From the IMG/VR virus record IMGVR_UViG_3300032282_004188, positions 1-63,800 of that record: a stretch of 63,800 bases of DNA; one strand, given 5' to 3'. Both the position numbers and the translations under genes were made by a program. The notes under the pieces were generated by a model, which had not been told where the DNA came from, made no database searches, and saw only the letters and a program-made list of their open reading frames with translations. This DNA is from a virus (taxonomy: Duplodnaviria; Caudoviricetes). Below, piece by piece: positions 50,401 to 60,600 of this stretch; position 1 is the first letter of the stretch, and each line of letters begins with the position of its first letter.

Positions 50401-51943
50401 AAGTTCCAGAACTAATTGTATATGTTGGACTTCCCGTAGCGACTACTTGATTAGAATAAGCAGCATTGTACGTAAAGGCAGCTAGAATATTGTCTGTCCA
50501 TGCAGGCGTTACATATAGGTCATCGGTGAATAATTGAGTAACATTGCTGACCGCATTTTCCGCTTTTACGGTGAATGAGTATGACCCAGCTGTTATTGAG
50601 GTTCCAGCGATTGCGCCAGTAGAAGAATTTAATGTTATTCCAGATGGAAGTGCCCCAGCAGAAATGGAATATGTTACTGCGGGATAACCAGAGGCCGCAA
50701 CTGCGTCACTATACGCTTGGCCGTAAATCATATTTGTGATTGTAGAATCTGTCCATGCAGGAGCTGTATATATAGTTCCAGTAAAAGCCTTGGATGTATG
50801 ACCCCAAGAGTTTGTTGCGCGAATTGTAAAATTATATGACCCAGTTGAGCCAGTTGTTCCGGTTATTACTCCTGTAGAACTATTGAGTGACAGTCCAGAT
50901 GGTAGAGAACCAGAATAAACGGAATAGGTTATTGTTGCCGTACCAGTAGCGGAAATACCATCGCTATATGCTACGCCTTGGATAATGGCACCAAGTGTTT
51001 GATCAGACCAAGATGGCGGAGATTGTACTGTTCCAGAAAAAGATTGAGTTATTGATCCAATTGCATTTTCTGCTTTAATCGTAAAGGAATATGCTCCACT
51101 GTCTAATGTAGTGCCACTAACTAATCCAGTTACTGAATTAAGAGTAATGCCTGATGGGAGTTCTCCAGAAGAAATTGAATATGTAGCAGCAGGATATCCA
51201 TCAGCCCAAACTGAATCTGAATAGGCTGTGTTATAATTAATATTAGCTAAAGTAGAATCTACCCATTCTAGATATTCATAAACTGTTCCAGAAAAACTTG
51301 CTTCGTTATAATGCTTTCCATCATCAGTTGTAGCTCTAGCCGTAAAAGAATATGCGCCACTAGAGTTAACAGTACCTGTTATTTGCCCAGTAGATGAGTT
51401 AATTGACAAACCTATAGGCAGGGCGCCAGAGGATATTGAATATACTGTTCCTATTGCGGAAGGTCCATCTAAATATGAATCTCCATAGATAAATGGAGCG
51501 AGTTCTAAATCTTCCCAAACGGGTGCAAGATTTACTTGATAGTCATCTGTTCCGGCATTATCTACTTCATTTAATTTTCTTAAATTCGGCGTATTATAAT
51601 ACGCTGCATACTGTCCAACTATTTCTTCTGCTGCTGTATGTATCTCATATGTTTTAAAATATATATAGTCGCCTTCTATAACCGTTTCAACGGGATATAC
51701 ATTGTCACCTTTCTCGTAAGTAACAATGTATGATGTTTCATCTGTTTGATCTCCTAGAGAGGTGTCTTTATATGTATTGATATTAATATCTGATATGTTA
51801 GCAAATATCCAAGTTCCAGAACTTATTGTATCCCTTGGGGTGAATCTACCTATAAACCTCTTGCAATAGGGGTATGAGTAAGCGGTATTGGCTGTAGTTG
51901 AGTTTATATTTTCAGTAGATTTAAAATATTTAAACCAAGCCAT
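47432..51943 (-). CDS. Ig-repeat adhesin/fibre (1503 aa): 11 putative-Ig (He_PIG-like) repeats, inserted DUF1566/Lcl lectin domain, Gly-rich C-terminal domain
   Basis: Repeats P.W.D..L...Y...YSD....G....YSISSG.LP.G.SLNSSTG.ITGT; lectin motifs DWFLPS..EL, YWSSSE, VRAVRSF. Confidence 0.85.
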   Translation of the reverse strand: MAWFKYFKSTENINSTTANTAYSYPYCKRFIGRFTPRDTISSGTWIFANISDININTYKDTSLGDQTDETSYIVTYEKGDNVYPVETVIEGDYIYFKTYEIHTAAEEIVGQYAAYYNTPNLRKLNEVDNAGTDDYQVNLAPVWEDLELAPFIYGDSYLDGPSAIGTVYSISSGALPIGLSINSSTGQITGTVNSSGAYSFTARATTDDGKHYNEASFSGTVYEYLEWVDSTLANINYNTAYSDSVWADGYPAATYSISSGELPSGITLNSVTGLVSGTTLDSGAYSFTIKAENAIGSITQSFSGTVQSPPSWSDQTLGAIIQGVAYSDGISATGTATITYSVYSGSLPSGLSLNSSTGVITGTTGSTGSYNFTIRATNSWGHTSKAFTGTIYTAPAWTDSTITNMIYGQAYSDAVAASGYPAVTYSISAGALPSGITLNSSTGAIAGTSITAGSYSFTVKAENAVSNVTQLFTDDLYVTPAWTDNILAAFTYNAAYSNQVVATGSPTYTISSGTLPTGLSLNSSTGAVTGTPTYYGAYSFTVQAANETGSVTQSFSGAINRTPSWTDNTLVNINYNIAYSDSVAAIGYPTITYSISSGALPTGISLNTSTGAVTGTSTQSGSYSFTIRAENTAGNVTQSFSGTIQTPPSWSDETLGIITQGVVYSNGISATGTATIVYSVYSGSLPTGLSLNTSTGAITGTTSSTGSYSFTIRATNTWGYAEKAFSGTIYTAPAWTDSTIANMIYGQAYSDAVAASGYPAVTYSISAGALPSGITLNSSTGAITGTSTTAGSYSFTVRAENAVSSVTQSFTDSLFVTPAWTDNTLATFTYNTAYSDQVVATGSPTYTISSGTLPTGLSLNPLTLNVGDTGPGGGKVFITPSTAGNSTGKYFEVAPVSTDALREWATGSNWLVTATGPNDNDIGTGEQNTINIVNQSGNVAANSAAVYCSELVYGGKSDWFLPSVHELDQIYINRAALNADFATSQPYWSSSEDGPSSAYNQSFVDGFQNANYKNYQNRVRAVRSFDVNEVITGTPAYGAIAGIPTYYGAYSFTIQAVNETGSVTQSFSGAINKVPTWNDETLADALYNTAYSDSLSTLSYPVATFSVTSGSLPTGLTLSSSGTLSGTSTATGNHSFTITATNSEGSINKSFSFNVNRAPTWNDETLGTPTYNTAYSDGVSSNTAYPTLITYSISAGSLPSGFSINSSTGAITGTYTTPVNGSSFSYTFTVRAENTAGNVTKEFTWSIAIPFTTSGGTSYDAGAGYTGVYFTANGTFTISTGAKDIGYFALSGGSGGGGGGNNTGLANRGGGGGGAGGNYTSGTLTSGSTGDYVITIGGGGSRGTYISGSNPSLTYTGTGGSSGGTTSIVYSGSTIVSSSGPSGGSPGGGGAYGASGGNGSSNNHYLGGAGASASGSGIFRAGGGGAGIGGSGEAASLNTRGAGGVALNPTIASTFTVGQGGSGGASTAGTTSNDLGSGGGGVGSGGSTASGGRAGIVFLRWLT
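49380..51280. repeat. Tandem duplication of four Ig repeats (1014-bp period)
   Basis: Identical ~58-nt stretch at 49380 and 50394; repeats 2-5 match repeats 6-9 at protein level. Confidence 0.85.
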
Positions 51944-51944
51944 G

Positions 51945-53720
51945 TCATGTTACTTCCGTATATATTATTTCGTATTCATGATTATCTAAAATATTATCAT
52001 CAATTTCTATATTGACTACTGCATCGCACCTAGGTACGCCATTTACAATATCAACATTAAATTGTGAAATAGCTATTGACATAGGGGCAGTTACAGCGTT
52101 CTTTATTATATCAGAATTTCTTGCTGTTTGATAATCTATATCAAGGGAAGAAATTTTAGTAGATCCATCCGTGCCAGTATGCTTATGCTGATTAAGATCT
52201 ACTCCATCAATAGTAATGCCTTCTGCAACAAGAATATCCCCTATTATTCTTCCGCCGTCCCTTAATAAATACTGGGGGTGGTGATCCTCATCTAGCCCTT
52301 GCAATAGGCTGTGACTGGATTTTAAATCATCTTTTCTAGTAGGGCTTATTATAACCTGTTTAAATAAAGAAGATGCCCAGTCATCAGAAATGGGTAAGAG
52401 TAAATTTGGTTTTTGGACTCCCCTAAAAGATAATTGCGCAATAAAATTTGCATATTTTCTTTTTTCATGAACAAGCCTGAGCAGTGCGTCTGTTTTACCT
52501 ATAACAGTGTGGTGTCTATCAATGATATCCGCAACTACGGAAGTAAAGTTTCCCTTCATTAGAACTGAAGCTATTAATAATTCTTCAGCTAAAAATGGAA
52601 TACTTTTTCCAACTGATGTTGTTTGATAGTCTAACTCTAGAGGACTTGAAATCTCTGAAGAAAACTTTAAAGCTGGATTTATGTATCTTGTATAAAAAAT
52701 TTCAGAGTTATCTGAAAGATCTCTTTTTAAAGAACTTAAAATATCTTCAATTTCAGAGTTTACAGCATTTAATTTAATCGCAAAAAAAGCTTGGAATTTA
52801 GAGGCTTGTTCCTTTGATATCTGATCCAATTCGGTTCCGGGAATTTCTCCTGGCTTTGATATGATTGTTTTTGCAATCCTGCTCGTATAGTGTAAGGCTG
52901 TTTTGCCCCACGAGTCATAATGGACTGCGATTTTTTGCTGTAACTCATTTTCATAGGCATCTCCGAAATCTGTAGCTAATGATATCTGTATTGATTTAAC
53001 TTCATTTAATAAATGATTTAAAAGTTTCCTAAATTGAAAGAAATAAGAAAAGGTTGAATGTGCTATTGATTGCTCATATTCTTGTAAAAATTTACGAGAA
53101 ATTGTTGAATTCATTCTCTCGGCAAAAGAAATTTCTTCATAACAAATATAAGAAGGAATTGATATTTTTATATTTGACGGCTTATCAAACGGCGGTGGAT
53201 ATGGCTGAATTGTAATAGATTCTCCATCAGAAGATGATGGATTATCATTTATAATTTTTGGAAAATCTTCTAAATTAGGATCTTGTGCAGAGTCGGTTAT
53301 ATTCTGCGTGGAAGTAGAAGAATATAAACTATTGTTTATTTTTTTATTAAAGAATTCAATGATTTGTGGAGATTCTATTCTTAAAGTTTTATTTAATTCA
53401 TCCCATAAATTTTGATGACATACTAATAAATCTAAATTTAAATTTGGATTTATAAAAACTTTTTTCATCAGATCTTCAATATCTTTAGTTGTATCCAAAA
53501 TTACTTGTTCAGCTAAAGATGTTTGCCTTCTAACGAAATCAAGTGGAATAGAGTACGTTTCCATGACGGAAGAGTTTGCATTTTTTCCATATCTATTCAT
53601 CATTGCTTGCGCATATACCTGATTATCTGATGTATTAACAAATGATGAGTCAGAGAACTTATAGTCTCCGTGGATCTCATTATTAACTTCAGTATATTGA
53701 TTAGTGCTATTTACGGACAT
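51945..53720 (-). CDS. Hypothetical virion protein (591 aa)
   Basis: Helical N-part; C-terminal LQGLDEDHHPQYL and IDGVDLNQHKHTG motifs typical of fibre/spike proteins. Confidence 0.6.
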   Translation of the reverse strand: MSVNSTNQYTEVNNEIHGDYKFSDSSFVNTSDNQVYAQAMMNRYGKNANSSVMETYSIPLDFVRRQTSLAEQVILDTTKDIEDLMKKVFINPNLNLDLLVCHQNLWDELNKTLRIESPQIIEFFNKKINNSLYSSTSTQNITDSAQDPNLEDFPKIINDNPSSSDGESITIQPYPPPFDKPSNIKISIPSYICYEEISFAERMNSTISRKFLQEYEQSIAHSTFSYFFQFRKLLNHLLNEVKSIQISLATDFGDAYENELQQKIAVHYDSWGKTALHYTSRIAKTIISKPGEIPGTELDQISKEQASKFQAFFAIKLNAVNSEIEDILSSLKRDLSDNSEIFYTRYINPALKFSSEISSPLELDYQTTSVGKSIPFLAEELLIASVLMKGNFTSVVADIIDRHHTVIGKTDALLRLVHEKRKYANFIAQLSFRGVQKPNLLLPISDDWASSLFKQVIISPTRKDDLKSSHSLLQGLDEDHHPQYLLRDGGRIIGDILVAEGITIDGVDLNQHKHTGTDGSTKISSLDIDYQTARNSDIIKNAVTAPMSIAISQFNVDIVNGVPRCDAVVNIEIDDNILDNHEYEIIYTEVT

Positions 53721-53728
53721 ATTTATTC

Positions 53729-55588
53729 CTAAAACATTTTTCTAATTTTTTTAGAACTAGTTGATCTCTTAAAGCTTCCAGTTGACTCTAATGCGCTTGC
53801 TCTACCAGTCATCATAAATTTTGGTTTTTCATCTTCTAAATCTGGATTATTTTGTTTAGTCATAAAAAATTCATTAGAGAAACTTTCTGTTCTATTAGCA
53901 TAATTTCCTTGAGAAAATTCTCCATAATTCTGGGTTATAGCCAACAGCGCAAGCATTAATGCGTCGTGTGCGTGATCCATAGCGGATCCTGCTGCTTCAA
54001 AAACTGGGCGTCCAGTTTGAGTAGTTCTAATGACTACATAAGATATTAGTTGCATGTAAATTTCTTCATCTGATTCTGGAATAAGTATTCTTTCTTTTTC
54101 CAAGAACTGTCTAAGGTTATCAACCATAAAAGGTTTCATTTCCTTTTTAATCATCAATTTAGTATAAGGATCTCTTACGTCAATACTTTCTCCAAATCCA
54201 ATACCTTTAACTTTATCTTTAAGGCCAGAGTGTGGATTTTCTACTCCATGTTTCTTCAAAAGTTCAACTTGCACTTCTCCGTATCCACGATCAACATAAA
54301 TATGCTTGGGATTAAATGCTCGGTTTAATTCAATTATTCTATCTACAGCTTTTGTTAACGTATATTCTGATCGAGCTATTTCTTCTCTATAGCAAATCCT
54401 GCTTTTACCCCTAAACCTAGAATCTTCATAGTTTTCTGCACAAGTTTCCACTATAACTATATTAGTTCCCGCGCCATATTTATCCCAGTCAACACCAATT
54501 GTATGGAAAGATCTTGCTGAAGTAATTTCAGGAATATAATCCCAAGATGGCGAAATAAAAGCTCTATCAACAAACTTTCTTGGATAAACTCCTTCTGAAT
54601 CCTCCCCCCAGTCGGCCTCTATTTCATGTCGATATCCACTTGGTGAATATTGTTCTCTAAATTCTTCTTCTTGTTCTTTGGAAAAATAAGGGTTACAGTA
54701 ACTTGGGAACCAGAACTCGGTAAATCTTGGCGATCTACACCATTCCCAAAATCTTTCTCTACGACCAGTAGGAGTAGAAGCACCAATCATAACTTTGTCA
54801 GGTTGATCCTCTGCTGTTTTCTGGAGCATAGCGTATAGCGCGTCCAGATCGTCCGCGTGCATGTAATCCATTTCATCAAGAACAATTAAGTGAGCTTCTT
54901 GACCACGGGCAACATCACTTTTTCCGCCACTTTTCATGCCGGAAGTAAAGAATCTAATTGTTGATCCATTTGAAAATTGAATCATAAATTGTGGACTCGT
55001 AACTTTTCTACTAATAGAGTTAGTTACAACTTCATTCTTAGAAGATATCCTCAATATCTCCTGATAGATAAGTTCAACTTGAGTTTTCATTGGTGCAATA
55101 ACCAATGATCTTCCATCCTTATGCGTATAGCTGTAATGTAATAACATTATTGCTAAACTAAATGTTTTACCTAGACGACGACCAGCTCTGAGAACTTTTC
55201 TTAATCCTGGATCCCTTAAAATTAATATTTGATATACTCTAAGTTCTGCTCCAAGAAATTGCTTAGCCCATACTACTGGATCTCTTGAGATATGCAGCTG
55301 TCTTTGATGTTCAGCACTGACACCTGCCGCCAATAAATCAAGATCTATTTCAAATGGCTCATCTACTAAAAGAGCTAGTTCTTTATTGGTTAACTTTCTT
55401 TCAATTACTGGAGTTCCATCACTCCACGAAATATGGTTTAATTTATTTTCAAAAACCCATTCAATTCTATTAATTTGTTTTATTAATTCAGGATCTTGAT
55501 CTTTAATTATCTCAAATAAATCTTCTCTAGAAAGAGCTCCTAAAGCTTCTCTGAATTCTTGTGTTTTGCTAAAAATTCCCATAATCAC
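53729..55588 (-). CDS. terL: Terminase large subunit (619 aa)
   Basis: LRVYQ Q-motif, Walker A AGRRLGKT, Walker B LIVLDE, coupling motif ASTPTG, RNase-H nuclease IGVDW...YVDRG...DHAHDA. Confidence 0.93.
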   Translation of the reverse strand: MIMGIFSKTQEFREALGALSREDLFEIIKDQDPELIKQINRIEWVFENKLNHISWSDGTPVIERKLTNKELALLVDEPFEIDLDLLAAGVSAEHQRQLHISRDPVVWAKQFLGAELRVYQILILRDPGLRKVLRAGRRLGKTFSLAIMLLHYSYTHKDGRSLVIAPMKTQVELIYQEILRISSKNEVVTNSISRKVTSPQFMIQFSNGSTIRFFTSGMKSGGKSDVARGQEAHLIVLDEMDYMHADDLDALYAMLQKTAEDQPDKVMIGASTPTGRRERFWEWCRSPRFTEFWFPSYCNPYFSKEQEEEFREQYSPSGYRHEIEADWGEDSEGVYPRKFVDRAFISPSWDYIPEITSARSFHTIGVDWDKYGAGTNIVIVETCAENYEDSRFRGKSRICYREEIARSEYTLTKAVDRIIELNRAFNPKHIYVDRGYGEVQVELLKKHGVENPHSGLKDKVKGIGFGESIDVRDPYTKLMIKKEMKPFMVDNLRQFLEKERILIPESDEEIYMQLISYVVIRTTQTGRPVFEAAGSAMDHAHDALMLALLAITQNYGEFSQGNYANRTESFSNEFFMTKQNNPDLEDEKPKFMMTGRASALESTGSFKRSTSSKKIRKMF

Positions 55589-56934
55589 CCATAATGTGCT
55601 GCCATCATTGCACCCTCTGTTCCAAGGGCACTTCTTGCATTAAGTCTAGAATTTTGAATTGCTTGAACACCTCTAGATCTAGAGGTTGCTGCTGCTTCTG
55701 TATCTTTATAACCCATCCCAAAAGATGGTTTAGCTATTGAGCCCTGCAATGACTTATTAGCATCTTTGGCTAAGTTTATCCCACTTTTGACTACTTCGCC
55801 AGCCATTTGACCGAGATCATAAACCATTGAGGCTGCGGCAAGTATTTGAACGCCAGGAATTGCCATTGCTGCTGCTCTTCCTGCTAACACTTTTCCAGCA
55901 CCTTCAACTGCTAATTTTTTTGTAGCACTAGCTCCTAGTTCGCTAAATAGTTTTTTACCACCACTTGCCCTTAAAAGATCTATGGCTCCCTCTGAACCTT
56001 TTATAAGTTTGCCTCCAACTTTTAGTCCATCTTCACCAAATGCTTTTGCGAATGCGGTACCAAAAGACTGTTCTGCTTTTGCGGCCCCTTCCAATGCCCT
56101 TCCGGTTAGTCCCTCAACGCCACCAAAACCCTGTGCACCCCTGATGTATCCTCCAATATATTGAGTGCCTGCTCCAGACATCGATGAGGCGTACATATTG
56201 CCCCTAACCCCTTGAGTTCCGACCGCTCCAGCCTGTGCGGGTATTCCACCAAGAGCTTTGGCGCCTAATTGCCCACCTTGAGGAACTGGCACTTTATTCA
56301 TATTGCCTAACATGTTCAGTGCTCTATCCGACTTAGCTAATTTTGCAGCTGCTCTTGAGCTACCTTTCATGGCTTTTGCTTCCAGCATGTCTATTCTTCT
56401 GCCTGCACTTATGCCAGATATCAGTCCTGGTCCAAAGGCGGATTCACCTTCTTTAAGGTCTATTCCCATATTCGATATTGCAGTTTTTCCAAATTTGCTA
56501 TTTCCTATGAATCCAGAAGCGCCAAATGGTGTATACGCATTTTCTGCGGAGTCTGCGAAGACGCTGAGAGAATGATATCTTCCTAAATTTCTAGGCCTTA
56601 GACTTGCATTATTAAGTCTAGATGATCTAAGGAATGGAGTTTTTCTGGCATCACCGGTAAGACTTGCCATTGTTTTATTTCTTTTTGCGCCACCAAAAAA
56701 TTGTTTAGTGGCAGATTCATAGCTATTCATGGTTCCAGATTGTAAAGTTCTAAATTTCGCCGCCCTTCTGGCATCTACCCCTTTGCCTAGCCTGGACGCA
56801 CTGTCCATATATCCGCCACGCAATAGGGTATTAGAACCTCTCATTGAGCTAAAACCAGCTGATGTAGCCATTCCTGGCATTGATTCTGACATGCGCGCCC
56901 ACAAGGGAGCTTCAGGGGTACCTTCTTCCATCAT
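55585..56934 (-). CDS. Gly/Ala-rich putative internal/ejection protein
   Basis: Start MMEEG with AGGGG RBS (track start 56982); hydrophobic AAAMAIPGVQILAAASMVY segment. Confidence 0.6.
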   Translation of the reverse strand: MMEEGTPEAPLWARMSESMPGMATSAGFSSMRGSNTLLRGGYMDSASRLGKGVDARRAAKFRTLQSGTMNSYESATKQFFGGAKRNKTMASLTGDARKTPFLRSSRLNNASLRPRNLGRYHSLSVFADSAENAYTPFGASGFIGNSKFGKTAISNMGIDLKEGESAFGPGLISGISAGRRIDMLEAKAMKGSSRAAAKLAKSDRALNMLGNMNKVPVPQGGQLGAKALGGIPAQAGAVGTQGVRGNMYASSMSGAGTQYIGGYIRGAQGFGGVEGLTGRALEGAAKAEQSFGTAFAKAFGEDGLKVGGKLIKGSEGAIDLLRASGGKKLFSELGASATKKLAVEGAGKVLAGRAAAMAIPGVQILAAASMVYDLGQMAGEVVKSGINLAKDANKSLQGSIAKPSFGMGYKDTEAAATSRSRGVQAIQNSRLNARSALGTEGAMMAAHYG

Positions 56935-56938
56935 GTTA

Positions 56939-57604
56939 CTAGTATCCCCTTCTTGAATTGTGCATTCCGAGAACAATATCACCAGATGCGCTTAATTGAC
57001 TAGCTGTTGATGATGACGACGAATAAGGTGATTGCCTATAAAATTCTTGGTTATTGGTAATATGCCCACCTATGAGCCCAGCTGATGGAAGTGATCCACC
57101 TAGTGCTGCTCCAGCTAATCCACCAATTGCCCCACCTGCAACTTTGCCAAATGTGCCCATCGAAAATGCCGTGCCTATAGCTCCGCCTATAGCTGAGCCA
57201 GCTACTCCACCCACAACACCTCCTGAAACTCCGCCTGCAGCCGTAGCTGCTAACATTGTAGTTCCGCCACCTGGAACCCCAGCGTGTGTAGCCATGAAGT
57301 CACCCGGCGCAGAAGCTTGGAGCATTCCCCCTCCGACTCCTCCCATCATACTTCCAACTAAAGTCCTAGCATTTAGATCTCTTCCAGTAAAGTACCTATC
57401 AGCATTCTCGTCCCCAAAAGCTGCTCCCAGTACTGCATCTTTGGTTGCTGGACCAACTTTTGAGCCAACGCCAAGAGCAAACACGCCAGCGCCTAAGGCT
57501 CCCATTGCAGCTCTGCTAGACATAATGCTAGCTGGAGCTCTGCCTAGTCGTTCTGCAGCGCCCATTGCTACTTTCTTTCCAAAGTTTAGCATTCCCATTT
57601 TCAC
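56939..57604 (-). CDS. Glycine-zipper membrane-active putative ejection protein (221 aa)
   Basis: Repeated GxxxG (GGVSGGVVGGVAGSAIGGAIG; GGAIGGLAGAALGG). Confidence 0.65.
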   Translation of the reverse strand: MKMGMLNFGKKVAMGAAERLGRAPASIMSSRAAMGALGAGVFALGVGSKVGPATKDAVLGAAFGDENADRYFTGRDLNARTLVGSMMGGVGGGMLQASAPGDFMATHAGVPGGGTTMLAATAAGGVSGGVVGGVAGSAIGGAIGTAFSMGTFGKVAGGAIGGLAGAALGGSLPSAGLIGGHITNNQEFYRQSPYSSSSSTASQLSASGDIVLGMHNSRRGY

Positions 57605-60600
57605 CCTCCATAAAGGTGGTTATACTTATTATTGCCCATTTGTGTGTGACCTATTTTTCTATTATCTAGATTGCCGACCACTCCAGCTGTCACTAAGGGG
57701 TCTCTTCTAGCAGAATTTAAAGACGGCACTGAGGAACCATAATTGCTAGACGCGTTTTGGCGAAATGACTCAGTTGGCTGCTGTTGCAGAGTTTCATCAT
57801 ATAAATTTGTTTCCTTTTTTCTCTTACCTATATAGTAACCTGCAGCAAGCGCTGTTAACCCCAATGCTGCTATTCCTGCTGGTCCTTTGAATTTATGATA
57901 ACTTTCTACGGCTGTTGATATTGGGGTTTGTCTTCTACCAGATCTTAGATTTGTTACGGCTCTGTGTAATAAATTATTATCACCCAATAATGCTTCCCCA
58001 ACTTTTGAAGCGTCTTCCATTGCGGATTTATTTGCGCCCATTAATCTATTTCTAGCTGTTGCCCCTCCTGCATCGATGACTTTTTTATCATATACGTGCC
58101 CGAGAGCTAGAGTGTCACCTGCCTCACCAAGGATGTTAGCCTGAAGGCTGGATGTATCGTTAGCTATGTCCATTCCATTTTTACTTATAGCTTCCGTCAT
58201 GCTCTCAACTACATCTTGATTATACTTATCCCCAAAGCTGGCAATACCAACACCGCGCTCCTCTATGGATTCAGTAATTGCTTGAATTGATTTTTCCCTG
58301 TTTTCTGCTACTGTTAATCCTGGTTGTTCTTTATATGTTTCTTTAAACATCGCTGCTTGCGTATGAAGCTCGTCCATATCATCTAGGGAGGTTATTTTAC
58401 CTTTGAAATCATCTGACGCAATAAAGTCTGCGTGCAGTTGTTCTGCAATTGATCTGGCAGTTAATCCAGATTCATCTTGCCCCTGTTTCCATACAAGGTT
58501 TAAGGTTTTAAACATTTCGCCTTGATCTTTTCTTTCTGCAACGCTAAAAGAAACGGCAAGGTTCCCTTCTGCAATCTTTTCTCCCACGCTTATCGTGCTA
58601 GGTATTGCTCCTGTCGCTGCTCCTACTGCTGACGATGGTGGTGACACGCTTAGGCTTTTAAAATAATCATAATCTAAAAGAATTTTCTTAGCCTGACCTT
58701 GTTCTCCTGCCAATCTAAATGATGATTGTTTCTTGTAATGGCTAATTCCAAATTGAGAAGTAACATCTGCTATTTCATTACTTGCGGCATAGGCAAACCT
58801 CTCGGTTATTTGTGCTGATAGGCCAGTTCCTAAATCTTCAAATCCTCCTAGATTAGCCTTATTATAGACTTCAGTAGCTAGTGATGAAGTTCCGCTAGCC
58901 AGTATATTACTTATAACGGTTGGCTTTACTCCTAGAAATCCATATTTATTACCAGAAGCTAAAGATGATTCTGCGTGCGAGATAAGCTTACCGGTTACAT
59001 CACTAGCTGAATCTTTGCCTAGATTTAATCCAGTAGCAAAATTCATTTTTGTTTCAAAGGATCCGTTACCCCTCATGATGTCTCTAAATTGTAGTTTACT
59101 TGGAGTTTCTGCAAAATTCTTATAAAGATTTGCAATATTATCTACATATTTTTCAGGATCAACCTCTGCAGCCGCCGTGCCTAATGTTCGATTCATTATT
59201 TCCATAGCAGTGTTTTGTTCAAATGAAATTCCAAGGGACATTATCTGTTTTTCCGCTCGATTATATTTAAATTTTTGACCAAGAGCGCTTATTTCTCCCA
59301 TGTTAGTATCATTCTTAGCTTGAGCTATTAAACTTCTTAAATGACTTTCAGCTTTAGATTGTTCTAGAGCTATTCCCTCTTGTTCTGCTCCTGTGAATAA
59401 TTTAAATTTACCTTCTTCTGATTTTATAAATCCTTGAGCAATATTATTATTCATCTGATTCTGTACTGTTGAAATTTTTGCAGGATCTGCTAGTAGGTCT
59501 CCCGCTAAGACATCTTGAAGCGAAATAGTAGCTCGAACCCCAGAAAGACCTTCACCTTGGGCATAGGATAGAGCCGTATCTGTTAACAACTTTGGGTCTG
59601 CAATATTTGTTACTGCAGTTGTTGCTGCTGATTTAAAAACTGTTCTTCTTGCTATATCTAATAGTTCAGCGGGAACATTTTTGGATACGTTAGATGCGTT
59701 GCGAAAATCTAGTTTGCCCGTATGCATATACTTCAATATATGGTCTTGGAGCATTGTGTCAGTTTCTGCGACGTGAGATCCTGCTAATATTTTTTCAAAT
59801 ATCTGGGGAGCGTGTTGTTCGTCTGCCATTAAATCAATTAGATTAGTATTCATCACAAAATTTTCCACGCCCGCGTACGTAGATTTGCCACCTGTTGTTA
59901 CATCAGCTAAAGATTCTGTTGAAAAAAATTGCTTAATATATTTCTCCCCACGAACAACTGAGTCCGGTTCGTTACCTATCGCCTGCTGAGCTTTATCAGT
60001 AATGTAAGCTCTACCTAATTCTAGCGTATCTATAAGGAATGATTTATTATTTTTTTTCTTATCAAGAAAAGTAGATACTAAACCTTTTAATTCTTCGTCT
60101 GCGTGATATCCCTTCATGCCGCTCATAGTTCTTAGCATCTGCGTTATGTCGAAGTTTACATTATGGCCAGTTACTTGATCTGAGTCATTTAAGGTTTTCA
60201 TAACTTTTTTCATATTTTGTAAAAAATGTTCTTCATTATTCGCTAGAGATCCCATATTTTCTGACTTAGCGATAAAACCACTTAATGTATCGCTGAGTTG
60301 TGGACCAGCTAGAATTCCTCCCATTCTAGGAGAATTATATCCAAATTTTTCTACAGTTTCAGCCATGCCATCTAAACTTGTTCTTTGAGCAAGTGATACT
60401 GACCTCACTTGTGACATTGATCCAAGTCCAGTTGTTTCAACGTCAAATGTTACTACTTTTTTCAAGGAGCCGTCAGCATTGGGGGTAAAGTCTAATAAGC
60501 CGCTAACACCTTGGGCATCTCTTTTTCTCATTTCTCCTATTTGAAAAAGATTCCTTTCAAGGTCGTCAGCAGATGTGATATTTGTTGAACCAAATCTAAC

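Noticed and set aside
31250-51280. Repeats as possible CRISPR array or mobile-element ends
   Set aside because: All are in-frame coding repeats with periods divisible by 3; no repeat-spacer structure and no cas or transposase gene.
47432-51943. Complete DGR locus
   Set aside because: Only a VR-like segment is visible; no template repeat, reverse transcriptase or avd gene seen in the window.
53729-55588. Intein or intron in terminase (also portal/MCP)
   Set aside because: Lengths are ordinary and motifs contiguous; no C...HN splice motifs or LAGLIDADG seen.
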